A stretch of DNA of 64,000 nucleotides from Takakia lepidozioides (Eukaryota; Plantae; Bryophyta): NCBI GenBank assembly GCA_030704615.1, contig CM060732.1, positions 37,076,001 through 37,140,000 on the forward strand, given 5' to 3'. A program made the position numbers and the translations under genes. The stretch's first letter is position 1; each line of letters opens with the position of its first letter. Below, in pieces: positions 46,621 to 58,480 of the stretch. Below the pieces are notes generated by a model, which saw nothing but the letters and a program-made list of their open reading frames with translations, was not told where the DNA came from and did not search any database.

Positions 46621-47695
46621 TCATTGACTTTGGTATGATTTGCTAAGTCATCAGTAATGGAGCCGTGAGGCAGCGTTCTTTTATACTATTTGCATTGTGG
46701 GGCAAACGTGGCATCAAGGGGAACCAAAGTGGAGCATGTGTGGCTACGGTAGAAAATGCGGTATCGAAATAAGTGGCGCTTGTAGGAGATGTTGAATGAG
46801 TGTTAGGCGAATGAATCCAAAACATAGTAGAGACAATAAGGCGAACTATCTAAAATTGACATAGGATGTTAAAGGCAAAATAGACACACAAAATATCAAT
46901 TTGTCATCCAAACCACTTCACTATTGAACAACATAGTGAACAATTATTTTTGACCTCCCTCAAAAACTATTATTGAGGTAATTATCTCATAAAATTAGAA
47001 CGTAATATTTTCCAAAAATAGATATTACCTCAACAAGCTCTATGACACAAAAACTTGGGATTTGACCACAAGGTCTCATGCCATCAAAGCACCATCAAAA
47101 CCACAAGACATATTGTAATCTTCGTAGAGATTTTGAGGTGCTTCCAATTGATGTTTGAATTGGGGGGGAGGCTGTGGACGGTGGCACGGAGATCTCACCA
47201 GCAAACAAGGGGAAGCTCGATCCAGACACAGAGGTCCTACTTTTTGGAACGAGGATAGACAATTGGATGATTGACAACTAGAGCTTGGAGAGCATCAAAC
47301 GGAAATGCAAGAGTTGAGGATCGTCACCAATTGGATGGAAAGTACCATCAGATGGAACGAGTGCACTATGTTCTTACCTCATTCCTATTATTTTCCATAT
47401 ATATGAGCGTACTTGTTTTTTTGGGTGGAAAATCACCAGATTTTGACCTAGAAACTCGGTCAACTACTTGTACAAAAGAATTATGGTGGATAAAATCCGA
47501 GATTTTCGCCAAAAAGCATCAATAGATGAATTTCAGGAGCCTAATCTTGCCGACGTGGACCACTTAAAATGTGCCACCTGGAATATAGCAACTTTTCTAC
47601 TTCTGTCACCTCGGTATTCTTACAAAGATGGGCACTGAATATAATTTGCAGGTGGCCCCTCCAGTGATTTTGGAAATGTGAAAAATAAAACACTG

Positions 47696-47752
47696 ATATA
47701 TAGATAGATATATATATATATATAGATAGATAGATAGATATATATATATATG
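47696..47752. repeat. (TA)n/(TAGA)n compound microsatellite
   Basis: Direct reading of the sequence. Confidence 0.9.
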
Positions 47753-48559
47753 ATAAAAACATAATGATTTTCTCAATTAATATTAAAGAAAATGTATTTA
47801 TAAAAGAAAAGAAAAAAGTCATGAAAAAAAAAATATTGACATCAGAAGGCCGCACCATTACATTTGATGACTGGATAGACAATATATTTTGTTTTGTTTG
47901 TTTATGTCTTCTTGAAGAGTACCGTAGAGGCCATTATATTTCCACGGACCCTGCCGGAGTCATTAAGTATATGCAGGTTGGCAGGCTTACAATGATAATA
48001 ATAATTTTTTATCTAAGCTTTATCCGATTTTTCTGGAATTCGGCATCTTGGGTACTTTCCATTAAATTTTATTAGTAAGTAGTTAGTAGTTAGTAAGTAA
48101 TTAGTATTAGCATTCACTACTGTAAAGTTTTTGCATTGGGCAATTGCCAGGTTTTTTTTTTTTCAAAGTTCACTTTTTAAAAAAAAATTATTCCCCTCTT
48201 TCATCTCCTCAGGAAAAAATTATAAAATATTCATCATCTCTTAAAATGAATTAATTAAAGTCGGTATAGAGCACCTCCATGGGAGCCCCGGGACTATGAT
48301 ATGGTGTTTCAATTGGTGGTTGTGCCCAGCTCTACGCCGTAGCTATGGGTTGTTGTGTGGGTGCATGTGTCGATGCCTAGCCAGTGATGTGTCATGTCCT
48401 GTGTTTTGCTTGATTGGTTATGATTTAAACTCTCTGTAGTAAAATTTGATCAATGGAGTAAAAAGTTAGACTGAGCCTAAAATGCCATAGCCCACAAAAC
48501 AAGGGGCCCTACAAAAATACAAAGGAAAATCAGGCCCTCATTTTCTTGTCTTTGTGCTT

Positions 48560-48705
48560 GCCTGTGCATAACCCAGGTGATCCTGGGTTCAATCCTTCAA
48601 CATGTGCCTTCAGACCGTCCATTGGGCCCTCGATGGCCTGTGTGTTGAGCAGTAGGCTCTGTAAATTCACTGGACGTTAAAGAAACTTTATCTTATCTTT
48701 ATATC
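48560..48705 (+). mobile_element. SINE-like element with Pol III B-box and (TTTATC)n-type tail
   Basis: GGTTCAATCC B-box at 48586-48595. The tail ACGTTAAAGAAACTTTATCT.. (48674-48703) is also found at 45561-45592. No A-box recognised. Confidence 0.45.
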
Positions 48706-49419
48706 TTCTCTCCTTGCATTGTGGCTAGCTTGATGATGGCTATCCTGGTACTAATGATGCGTTGTCAGGTTGCTCTTTTAGTCTGATTCGTTCTCCTCAG
48801 GTTTTCTTGAAGCTTCCTACCTTTCCAAACTCCCCAAATGAATTGGGATACTTATGGTTGGTCCGAATTCATAATAAATCAGCAATAATCACCATGTCTG
48901 GAAAGCCACAGTCGTTTTTCTAGACAAATCTAGCCAGTCTACTTGAGGTAAAAATTGATGGGCTATTCACTATTTTTTGGTTTTAAGGTGGCTAAACTAA
49001 TTGGTGGCAGAGGTGTCGGGCATCAGCTCCTGCCCTTAAAAGACAGATGTTTGCAGTCTACATCCCATTATCACGTACTTTTACAAGGCAGCCGTGTTGC
49101 CGCACTGGTGGTGGATGACCAGTGGTTGGAGCTGCTGATAAGTTGGCGTGAACATGGATGATTGCAGCCTTCTGAAATCCTACGGGACTCCTAAGTTCAC
49201 AAACTATTTTCTTTTAACTCGTGTTTCCGAAGAGCTGAATAAGGAAGATGATCGAAAGAAGGTCAATCCTCGGTCAGTAAAGTGTTGTGACAGGGTTCAT
49301 CTCTCTCTGTGTTTCTGTCACCCGGTCTTAGGCCACAAGGCTTCTGAGCAAAGTCTGGTCAGTGCATCGGTTTGTTCTCTTTCTAATTTGTAGTAAGGAA
49401 AATGTTCATTTCTTTGCCT

Positions 49420-49780
49420 TCTCTACAAGACCCTTCACACAAGCTTCAATGCTGAGTGTGAGCTGCCCAGCAATTAGATCCTAGGGTTTTAGGCTCAGCC
49501 TCAAGATTTTGAAAGAGGTGCAGGGACAACATTCTTGATGGTCTTGAATAGGGTCACTTTCTGTTGATAATACCCCAAACAATGTGTCAGAAAATGGAGA
49601 TAGTCTTCCTCTTCGCATCTGTTAATTGTTCAAAGGTAGGCTTCCTGCCCTGAGTTTAAAATTTCAGTCTAGTGCCGAGGGTAATAGGCCCTTGAGATCC
49701 TCAAGGTTCTCACCCATATCACATACTGGAAACAAGTTCAGGGATATTCCTAACTTCAGTTTCATCAGACGGTCTTTGGA
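49420..49780. repeat. Dispersed repeat family, copy 3
   Basis: Colinear similarity with 20490-20960 and 31140-31350. Confidence 0.72.
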
Positions 49781-50173
49781 TCGGACTTGGCTTGGACAAC
49801 CCCCTCAAGGTCAGCTTCATCGAGCAGAGTCAATTCATCTTGGCAAATGTTCACATACCTGAAAATCTCTTCCACCCTTTTCCGCCAAGACTTGGCCTGT
49901 TTAACAAGAGAGTCTTTGCTTCCAAGAAATAGCGTCGATTATCGTAGGGTATCTGATATTACACCATCGGACCTTGAATTCATCACGTCGAGAGCTTCAA
50001 GGAGTTTTCACCAAACTCGTCCCTGAGGGCCACATTTGCTGTTCTAGATCAAGCCCGACATGCTTTCTTTCCCCTGAATGGATTCTAGGTGTTTTAGCAT
50101 GTTTGGAATTGTTGACCCACACAGCAGATGCATGCTCCAATGTCGGCCTACAGGAAGTTGCAAGGCGGAGAAG

Positions 50174-50256
50174 TCCGACATGCCGGATTCGAACCAGCGA
50201 CCTAAGGATACCTGTAACTCTACAGTCCTCCGCTCTCCTAACTGAGCTAAGGTCGG
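50174..50256 (-). tRNA. tRNA-Tyr(GUA) with 10-nt intron (50210-50219); variant or possible pseudogene
   Basis: Minus strand reads CCGACCTTAGCTCAGTTAGGAGAGCGGAGGACTGTAG-agttacaggt-ATCCTTAGGTCGCTGGTTCGAATCCGGCATGTCGGA, matching plant nuclear tRNA-Tyr. An upstream CAA initiation motif is present. Confidence 0.92.
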
Positions 50257-51783
50257 GATGTTGAAAGATACCTGCTCGTAAAGTATTTGAAGCTCCAAGA
50301 TCATGCACAAATTCAATCCCAAAACCCTCAGTTACAGGAAATTCTGGCTGTATATAGCAGCAAAGGTGGCGATGAAAACAAACATGGGCTTGTGTTTTAA
50401 AGACCCTGCACACTTGCTGATATGCTACCATCGTAAAATAGGTTATCATTACGGACATCTCATTTTATCACCTCAACCTAATTTCTCTTATGATTTCGGT
50501 AACTACTTATTAGCTGCATACTATCACCGTCTATACTTGGTGATATTGCACTAGAGGATTATGTCTGCATCTCGCCCAACCTGTGCATATCAACGCAATC
50601 TGTAGCATTCACAGCCCTGAAGCTTGCAACGAAGGTGGGCCTCAATGAAGGAGATAGAGAGATAGATAAGTTACATGTTAAGGTTTCGGAGTGATAGATT
50701 AACGCCGGCAATAGGCGCGTGAATGTTCAAAATGTGAAGATCTGGCGGTAAGATATGAGCGGGGTTATCGCTCAGCGCGAGGGATAAGCCCGCTGATAGT
50801 GCGCCATGTAATCAGCCAGTGGCGAGGTTGTATATATGAACAGAAGTAGGTATCAGCGACCGAATCGATGAGCGATCAGCAAGTGTGAATGACCCTTTAG
50901 CATCATAGGTATTAAACTATCCGGTTGAGCACTACTGCTGAATCAGTTGAGTTTTGTTAAACCCCTGGACAGATCATGGAGTACGTGTTCACATGTATGA
51001 GCATGTATGACATGTATCAATTTCTACAAATTACATTGATTCCCCACGGATTTGCGAAAACACATCCTTTTGGAATTCAATGTCAATACTCTCTCTCTTT
51101 ACATCCCTCATAACACACTCACACATCCAGACAAATATGGTGCAGTCAAAGTTCCAATTTTGAACTCCGGGCAGGGCATGGCTCTTATTGAATGGGACAA
51201 ATGAGTACCAATCTGGCAGCTGGACTCCTTCGCCACGTTCGCCCTTGATTTGCTTGTATTTCATATGTATACTGTGCACGTATCTCTCATTTAATGGACA
51301 CATTTAGACACCATCTGAACTTCTGGAGGTTATTTTGCTCATTGTTTTCGTGTGCAGATGGAGAATACATATGGGATGCTAACAATACTGCAGAAAATAC
51401 AGCCCGGCCAAATGTAAAAGCTTAGCTTGCATCGTGAACATCGCTTTGTGGAGGCTTTGCAAGTTTTCTGGTGTCTCATCCCCAAGACCAGGCTGTCATG
51501 AACGCACATATTTGATAAGCATAATTATGTTAGGCATTCACTACGATTACGTAGCATTAGTCATTCGTACCTCAGTGTTCAAAATCTTGGGCTTGGGTAG
51601 CCGATCACTCTACATTTGAGTATGTGAGAGTTTTGGTGTGCGGCCCAGCTGCATTCAGTTTATGTGTAGTGTGGTTTAATTTGGTGGGGGTGGTTGACGA
51701 TTTGCTGGATGGCAGTATGAGACTCACAGAAGAGATGGATCGAACATGGGCAGCACGTCTTATTGGTTGTACGTGGGCATCTC

Positions 51784-51983
51784 AAAGAGATGTCAGTACT
51801 TTGGCTACTGCAACAGGTTCCTGCAGATTGTACTGCAGATTGTCGGGTACAACTTCAATGTCCCTGAACTTTCCTTAAAAGAGATGTCAGTACTCTGGAT
51901 ACTGCAGGGACCACTGCTGCAGGTTCCTGCAGATTGTACGAAAGTAGTCGGGTACAACTTCAATGTTCTCTGAACTTTCCTTA
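51784..51983. repeat. ~95-105-bp tandem duplication
   Basis: AAAGAGATGTCAGTACT...CAGGTTCCTGCAGATTGTAC...GTCGGGTACAACTTCAATGT..CTGAACTTTCCTTA occurs twice. Confidence 0.9.
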
Positions 51984-52929
51984 ATTTCTTTACCTTCAGC
52001 AAGTTTTTTTGAATGATGGCCGAGTGTTTGCTAGGCGGCACGCAATGCTTGCTTCGTGCATCTTGCTTTGCCCCTTCCAGCAATGCCCTAAGCCCAAGCC
52101 TGCCCCCAAGAAACAGTGTGTACATACATATACTGCCCCTCTTCTATATGCTTGGGCTTCGCTCTTTAGCTATCCCGGCATGTGGTATGAGTTTGAGGGG
52201 CAAGAAGTGAGTATTTTCGTATTTTCCTGGTACTTATACAGAAATGTTGTCCTGACCGCTGCAGGTTAATTCGAAGTCGAAGATGTGCGTATGCTTGGAC
52301 TCTAGTGCATGAAGCTGGTCAAGACTCAAGAACTCACATTTCTCGAAAACGTCACTTATCTCTGCAGACGCACATGAATCAAGTCTATATCGGTCAGTGC
52401 CAGGTTCTTCTATCACCATTGGGACTCAAACCACCTGTGAGTTTCTCTCTCATTCTCGTTGATTTATAGACGTGTTCTAAAAGTGTGATGGTCTAAAAAA
52501 GTGGAAGATCTGTCGCTCGTGCAAATGTTGCAAATTCTTTGAAAGCCTGGCCAAGCTTGCAAATCTTTGTAAAGCTGCAATCTCGTAAACTCGGAGTTGC
52601 AAGCACAATTGGACTATGACAGCAAACATGAAAAGAGGAAGAAAGGAATGAACATTAGGGTGAGATGCGTATATATGAACATTTATGCGTCAAATGTGAG
52701 CGAACGTTCTGCACAAGTCCCTGTAGGCTATGGTCATGGAACTGGCTATGCTTTTCCATTCACATTGAAGTGTTTTCATGGTGGCTAGGGTTCCTCAACT
52801 TTTGGAATGACTAGAAAACAAGTTAGCTACCAGTTGGTCAATGTTCAAGCTTGAAACCTTGAGAACCGATTTGAAGAAACCGATTTATCCCCGTCTTTCA
52901 GAGGCACTGTCACACAGTGAGGAGACAGT

Positions 52930-53720
52930 GAGGTCTGAGAGAGACCTTGAGCTACCGAAGCTGCTCTCAAAGAGGGAGGTCTGATCTCATGATCGCGCGT
53001 TCAGAGAGTTATGGATATTGCTCGGGGGTAAGCTGATCGTTCTGAGGGAAGTATGAGCGCTTGACAGAGATCTCCAGGGCTATGGTTGATCTGAGCAGAG
53101 AGATTTGTCTATAGGTATATATGGATGTAGCTCTCTGAGCGCGATTCGGGAGAGACCTTCCGGCCATATGGATATTTCTCAGAGGTATGTGCTAATACCT
53201 CTCCTGAAGGAAGTCTGAGCTCTAGAGGAAGACCTCGAGCCTATACATGGATATTTCCAGGAGGTAAGCTGATCTCATCAGAGACAGTTGTCTAAAGGAA
53301 GCTAAAGCTCGAGAGAGACCTTCCTATGGATACTGTACTCAGTTATATGTAACTTGATCTTACTGTAAGCTCAAGAGCTTATGTGACAGAGGAAAACATA
53401 AAAGCGAGCACAGTGGGGCTTCCAACCAGCTACCATCGACAATAACAATTTCAGAATTTAGAGTCGATTTTCTAAGATGGAGAGCCTGATGATATGCAAC
53501 AAAGTATCTATGCCTGGAGTAGAGCTCACGCTAAATCTAGGAAGATTATAGCCCAAACTTCGTGGTAGACCTGCAGGCTCTGAAATAGAAAGGTCCAATC
53601 TCGAGTGGCCGTATTGCCCAGGAGTCCGAGAGGTATGTCTGACAAAGAGACCTCTTAGATTACCTAGGCGTAAGCTGATATGAAAGAGAGCTGCTCTAGG
53701 AAGAGACACCTCCATGTACT
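52930..53720. repeat. Degenerate ~80-bp tandem repeat
   Basis: Recurring motifs ATGGATA(TT) (about 53011, 53168, 53247, 53326), GTAAGCTGAT (about 53028, 53264, 53670) and AGAGACCT. Confidence 0.6.
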
Positions 53721-54214
53721 GATAATGTCCAGATGGGAAAGCAAGAGAACCCTTGGTATTGCGCGGGTCATCTTTCACTGGTGGGCCCTATTGTGCAAAT
53801 TCACATTTTAGACAGAGTATGAGTAAACGACTGTGACACACTTTGATGAGTAAATGCTATGAATGTACTAAACTACTCTTTGTCCTCAAAAGCACTAAAG
53901 TCCTCGAATGAATTCATTGCAGATGTTGCGATGTGGAGACTCATCTTTGAAAGCTCCATAGTCAGAGAAGAGCAAGCGCACTTTTCGCAGAGAAAGAGGC
54001 AAGCTCCTAGGAAAACTCAAACTGCTCGGGCTCTTTTCTTTCTAGATTATCGTGTGGATGAGAATAATTAGCAGAGAATATGCCTACTACCTACCTAGGA
54101 GAGTACTTAGAAGGGGGCCGTAGCCTTGGACCCTCCAGAGGAGGACAATACAAGTTCTGATAGACCCACAGAATAAGAAAGTCTTAGGCTGTTGAATAGG
54201 ATATATAGTGTGCA

Positions 54215-55960
54215 CACTTTGACTTCATATAAGAATATCCAGTATACCAGCATCCCTGGATGTCAGTGTAATCGTTGTGAAGGTCTCCAAATGATCAGGA
54301 CCTAGAGTCTTACGTGTTGAGAATGCCTTACAATATATATGATGAAAAACCACGATATGTAGATCTCAAATTAAGTCTATAAGCAGCCTGCCAAACACAT
54401 CTGCACGAGTGCTCAGCCTTGGGACGTGTCGACGTGTTCGTGTGATGGTGACTTATACCCAAGGTCTGAAAAATACGGACCAGCTCCTGCTGTTGAGAGG
54501 GCTTGTACGATGAAGAACCAATGTATGGATTTATTTAGTGTTGACAAATTAAGTCTCTAAGCAACCTGCCAAAAATATCTGCACGAGCTGCCTTGGGTGT
54601 TCGTGTGATGGTGACTTATACCCATGCAAAGTCTCAAAAATCCGGACCAGCTCCCGGTGTTGACTAGAAGGGCTTGTACGATGAATTAGAACCACCAGCT
54701 GGATATTTAGTTTTGCCAAATTAAGTCTATAAGCAGCCTGCCAAAAACATCTGCACGAGCAGCCTTGGGTGTTCGTGTGATAGTAACTACCCAAGGTCTC
54801 AAAATCCGGACCAGCTCCTGGTGTTGAGCAGGGCTTGTACGATGAAAGAACACCTCAGGGGGTAGTTTTAGTTGACAAGTTCAGTCCATAAGCAGCGTGC
54901 CAAAAACATTTGCATGCTGCAGCCTTGCATGCTCCTGTGATGGTAACTACCCAAGGTCTCAAACTCATGAGGCGGCTTAAGTGTTGAGAAGGGCTTACTG
55001 TACAATTTGAATAATTAGGATATATTTAGGTTTGATAAATTAAGTTTATAGATCTACAACCTGCAAAGACCATCTAAAGCAGCCTTCCGTGTGCGTGTGA
55101 TGCCCAAGCTGGTCTCCAAATCAGGACTATTGAATTACATGTTGAGAAGGGCTGGTAACGATGAAGAACCAGGTTATCTAGGTTTAACAAACTAAACTGC
55201 TAACTGCAACGTGCACAAAATATCTGCACTATCAGCCCGTGCAGTTTGCAGTGTGACGGTGACTACCCAAGGCTCAAAATTATTGACGTGCCTTAAGTGT
55301 TGAGAAGGGCTGGTACGGTGAACCAGGATGTATAGATTTGACAGTTTAAGTCTATCTGCTTCAACATGCAGAAACCATCTGGACGAGCAGCCTTGCAGCG
55401 CTGTGTTCGTATATTGGCGACTACACACTTTCCAAATGAGGTCGTTGGCTTACGTGTTGAAGGGCTTGTACGATGAAGAACCAGGATATATGGGTTTGAC
55501 TTTTAAATATCTAAGTCTAGATTAGACCATATGCAACATCCAAAAACCATCTGCACGATCTGCAGCCTTGCAGCGCCGTGTTCGTGTGATGTGAGTACGC
55601 ACGGTAGGGCATTGGCTTACGTGTTGAGAATGGCTTGTACGATGAAGAACCAGGATCTCTAGTTTCAATAAATTAATTCTATCTGAAACCTGCCAAAAGC
55701 CTCTGCAAGAGCAACCCTTGCGTGTTCGTGTGCAGATGGTAACCACCCGAGGTCTCAAAATCAGGACGAAGCTAAGGTGTATCTAGAGCCAAGGCCTTGT
55801 ACACTTTAATCTATAATCAGCCTGCCAAGAACGTCATCGGCACTAGCAGCCTTGTAATTGTGATAGTGACTCAGTTTCAACACTTATTCTATTGATCGTC
55901 TGGAAGTGTACAAGGCTGATTATGCGCACGAGCAACCTTGGATTGTGACACTGAAGGGAG
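54215..55960. repeat. Tandem array of about 10-11 diverged units of ~135-180 bp
   Basis: Unit marker AAATTAAGTCT (or variant) at 54368, 54546, 54718, 54877, 55037, 55189, 55343, ~55508, 55670, ~55803. Conserved blocks CTGCCAAAAACATCTGCACGAG, GTTCGTGTGAT, CCCAAGGTCTC, GTGTTGAGAAGGGCTTGTACGATGAAGAACC. Confidence 0.92.
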
Positions 55961-56754
55961 AAGAGAAGTCTGTTTATGAATGCAAGTGACGTATCAGAAG
56001 ATCTAGCCGCAGGTGTTGGAGGCCCATAGAAGGGAGTAGTGTATGAACTGGAGTATGAAATCATGAATTTCGTTGTAGGAGAGAGTAACGAAGGCTCTCT
56101 TTGCAAAGTGGTTGGTCAGAATCACACGTGTCTTGCCATGAAAAAGCGGCAGTTATTGCACCGTTTGAGATTGAGGGTAACTCATGTTTAGCAACTAAGC
56201 ACTTGTAAAGATTTAGCCTAATTATGCTTCAGGACTGGTTGGCTCATTCCAAACCCTAATATTCTGGTCCTGAAGGGTTTGAAATTCAAAGCAGAACTTA
56301 TTGTCTATCGATTGTTAGCCCTTCCTTCATGATAAAATAACCCCCTTTCATGAGCCATGATGCCTACAGGGACTGAACCGGACCACAAGGCCGATGAAAC
56401 CGCAAGAACCTAGACCTACAGGTCCACAGCGAAGATGCAAAACCACTGGGCCACAGCCATGATGTGCTTGAGTTTATTAGTTGGAATTCGGCTACGTTAA
56501 TGAAGGCTGGTTGGCTAGATAGATCAATTGAGGAGGCCGGATAGAATTCCTAATTTAGGTTTTAGTGGTATGCTGTGAGGTAGACTCATAACCCATATGA
56601 CATTCCGTATTTTAGGATGGGAAAAAGATTCTCTAAAAAGTCTAAAAACTTATTGACTAAAAAACTTCTAAGTTTCTAAGAGATGACTTCTGCTTGTATT
56701 TGCCTGAGCCACACTGTAATATGGAGGACTCATAACATTTTGTGACTTTCAGTA

Positions 56755-57300
56755 TGAAGTCCAGTACTCAGGCCATGGATACATGTGTGCACTGTGCAGT
56801 TATCACCCAATCTGGGCCAAACAAAGCGACTATGGAGTGGTTAGGGCAAATTCCTGACTCGGTAGTTTTATGGCCAACCAACTGCAGCCAGAAATTAGTG
56901 CTCATATTTGTGTTATCTCCATCAAGGTGGGTACAGGTTTCCCAACCATAGAAGCATGTCTATAGGGAAATTTCTCGAAGTTTTAAATGAACATTTGGCT
57001 TTGTTCATGATCACAGTCGACTAAACCACCAACACTTTGTTTGTCCTCGTATTTTTAATGGCGTTCAATATGATGCTAACAAGTCCATTCAGGCCATGAG
57101 TACAGAGCTTGTTTCGCATGTGTGTTGTCAAGATGAGCATGGAGCGACCAGTTATGGAAAAGCCTTGACGCGATCCTTTGTGTCTCCTTTTTATATGGTG
57201 CCCAACCAACTGCAGCCAGAAACCGCATATTTACTGTTATCTTTGCGACCCCCAAGTGGTTATGGCGAATTAGTTTTGACTCCAGGACTTGATGTCAACT
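56755..57300. repeat. Diverged ~325-bp tandem duplication
   Basis: TCAGGCCATG at about 56768 and 57089; CCAACCAACTGCAGCCAGAAA at about 56874 and 57202. Confidence 0.65.
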
Positions 57301-57319
57301 GCGAACCAGAAACCCCATG

Positions 57320-58480
57320 TTGAATGTCATCTCCACGTGCTAAGGTGAGTTAGCTAATGTTCCCCAACTTGTAGAATCTACCATGCCAGCTGCCTCCTGT
57401 TCCCCTACATGCAGAATTGCCGACTAGCTGTATTTTGTGTTAAATCACTTGTGTTAATCAGTCCTCAGTATTCACTAGGATAGTTAGTTGGTAATTATTG
57501 CATAGCCGCTCCGCCGTAGTAGTTGGTAGGATTAGCTCAGATCGTTCATTTCTTCATTTAATTAGGCCTCTACTGAAATAGAGATATCAACAGTTTGATA
57601 GTATGCAGGTTCCGTATTCCAGCATACGATCCTCACGTTTTAGTGTAGTTTGCACACTTCGATTGTCATGGTATCAAAGCTTGGGGGAGGCTACTGAATC
57701 AGAGTGCCCCATCACTGGGAAGAACCTATGGTGTGTAGCATTGCTCCACCACGTAGTTTTTTTTTTTGCCTTTGGTATGGTTAGTGTGTGAGCTTTGCTC
57801 CGGTGCCTGAGGTTTGTAGTTGTGTGGTTGTTTCTTTTATTTTATTTTTGTCCGAAATATTCTGATATTGAAATTGGAATGCGAAAGCTGCTCATGAAGT
57901 AAAGGCAAGGAGAAGGTGACAGAGGCAGCTGAAGATGGACAATTTCTTGCAAGCCTACAACAGGAATCCACAATCAAAATGTCATTCTCTCTGTCCATTA
58001 GGTCCATATCACAAAATTGGATCCGGTGACTGACTGACGAAGCATGCGCCAAGCTGGAGTTCCTTGTTTGATTGTCGATTCGAGTTGTGGGCTTGTAAGA
58101 AATTTTTCAGTACCGTTTGATGAGATTCTCTGATCACGAGCTCAGCAGCAGGCTCACGTGGCACTAGAAGAGAAGAGTCAGACGAAGAAGACGACGGATG
58201 TTTGTGCGGCAAAGATGATCGAAGTCGCAATGGCAGCAATAAATGCCCATGACAATGACATTTCTGCTGAAGAGAGAAACCGCAGATGCCCTGAAAGTAG
58301 TGTGCGGTGCAGCATCCTGGATTGTTGACTCTGGTGCAAGCAAGCATGTCACTGGGAATTGCCATGTGATGGCCAGAGAGGAAACCGACATATTCAAGTA
58401 GTTGGTTACCAGTCGAGGAGGTCACCTGGCCTATAAGGAAGGAAGACGAAGATCGGTCAGAGAGGAATACACAGACAGTT
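57320..58480 (+). mobile_element. Ty1/Copia LTR retrotransposon relic (5' LTR end, PBS, deleted gag-protease)
   Basis: LTR-type end ..TGTCA (57664-57668) is followed directly by the tRNA-iMet PBS TGGTATCAAAGC (57669-57680). Copia protease motif WIVDSGASKHVTGN at 58318-58359. Outer boundaries approximate; no second LTR seen. Confidence 0.8.

Noticed and set aside
46870-47620. Possible Mutator/MITE-like element (TTGAGGTAAT / ATTACCTCAA inverted pair near 46973-47032)
   Set aside because: Only a short local inverted repeat; no terminal pair or TSD could be defined.
49640-49680. Gypsy integrase suggested by minus-strand LGTRLKF
   Set aside because: The expected following S(T/S)AxHPQTDGQ motif is absent in all copies of this repeat.
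54215-55960. CRISPR-like or snoRNA-cluster reading of the tandem array
   Set aside because: Whole units are homologous with no unique spacers, there are no cas genes and the context is eukaryotic. No consistent box C (RTGATGA) / box D (CTGA) pair is present per unit.
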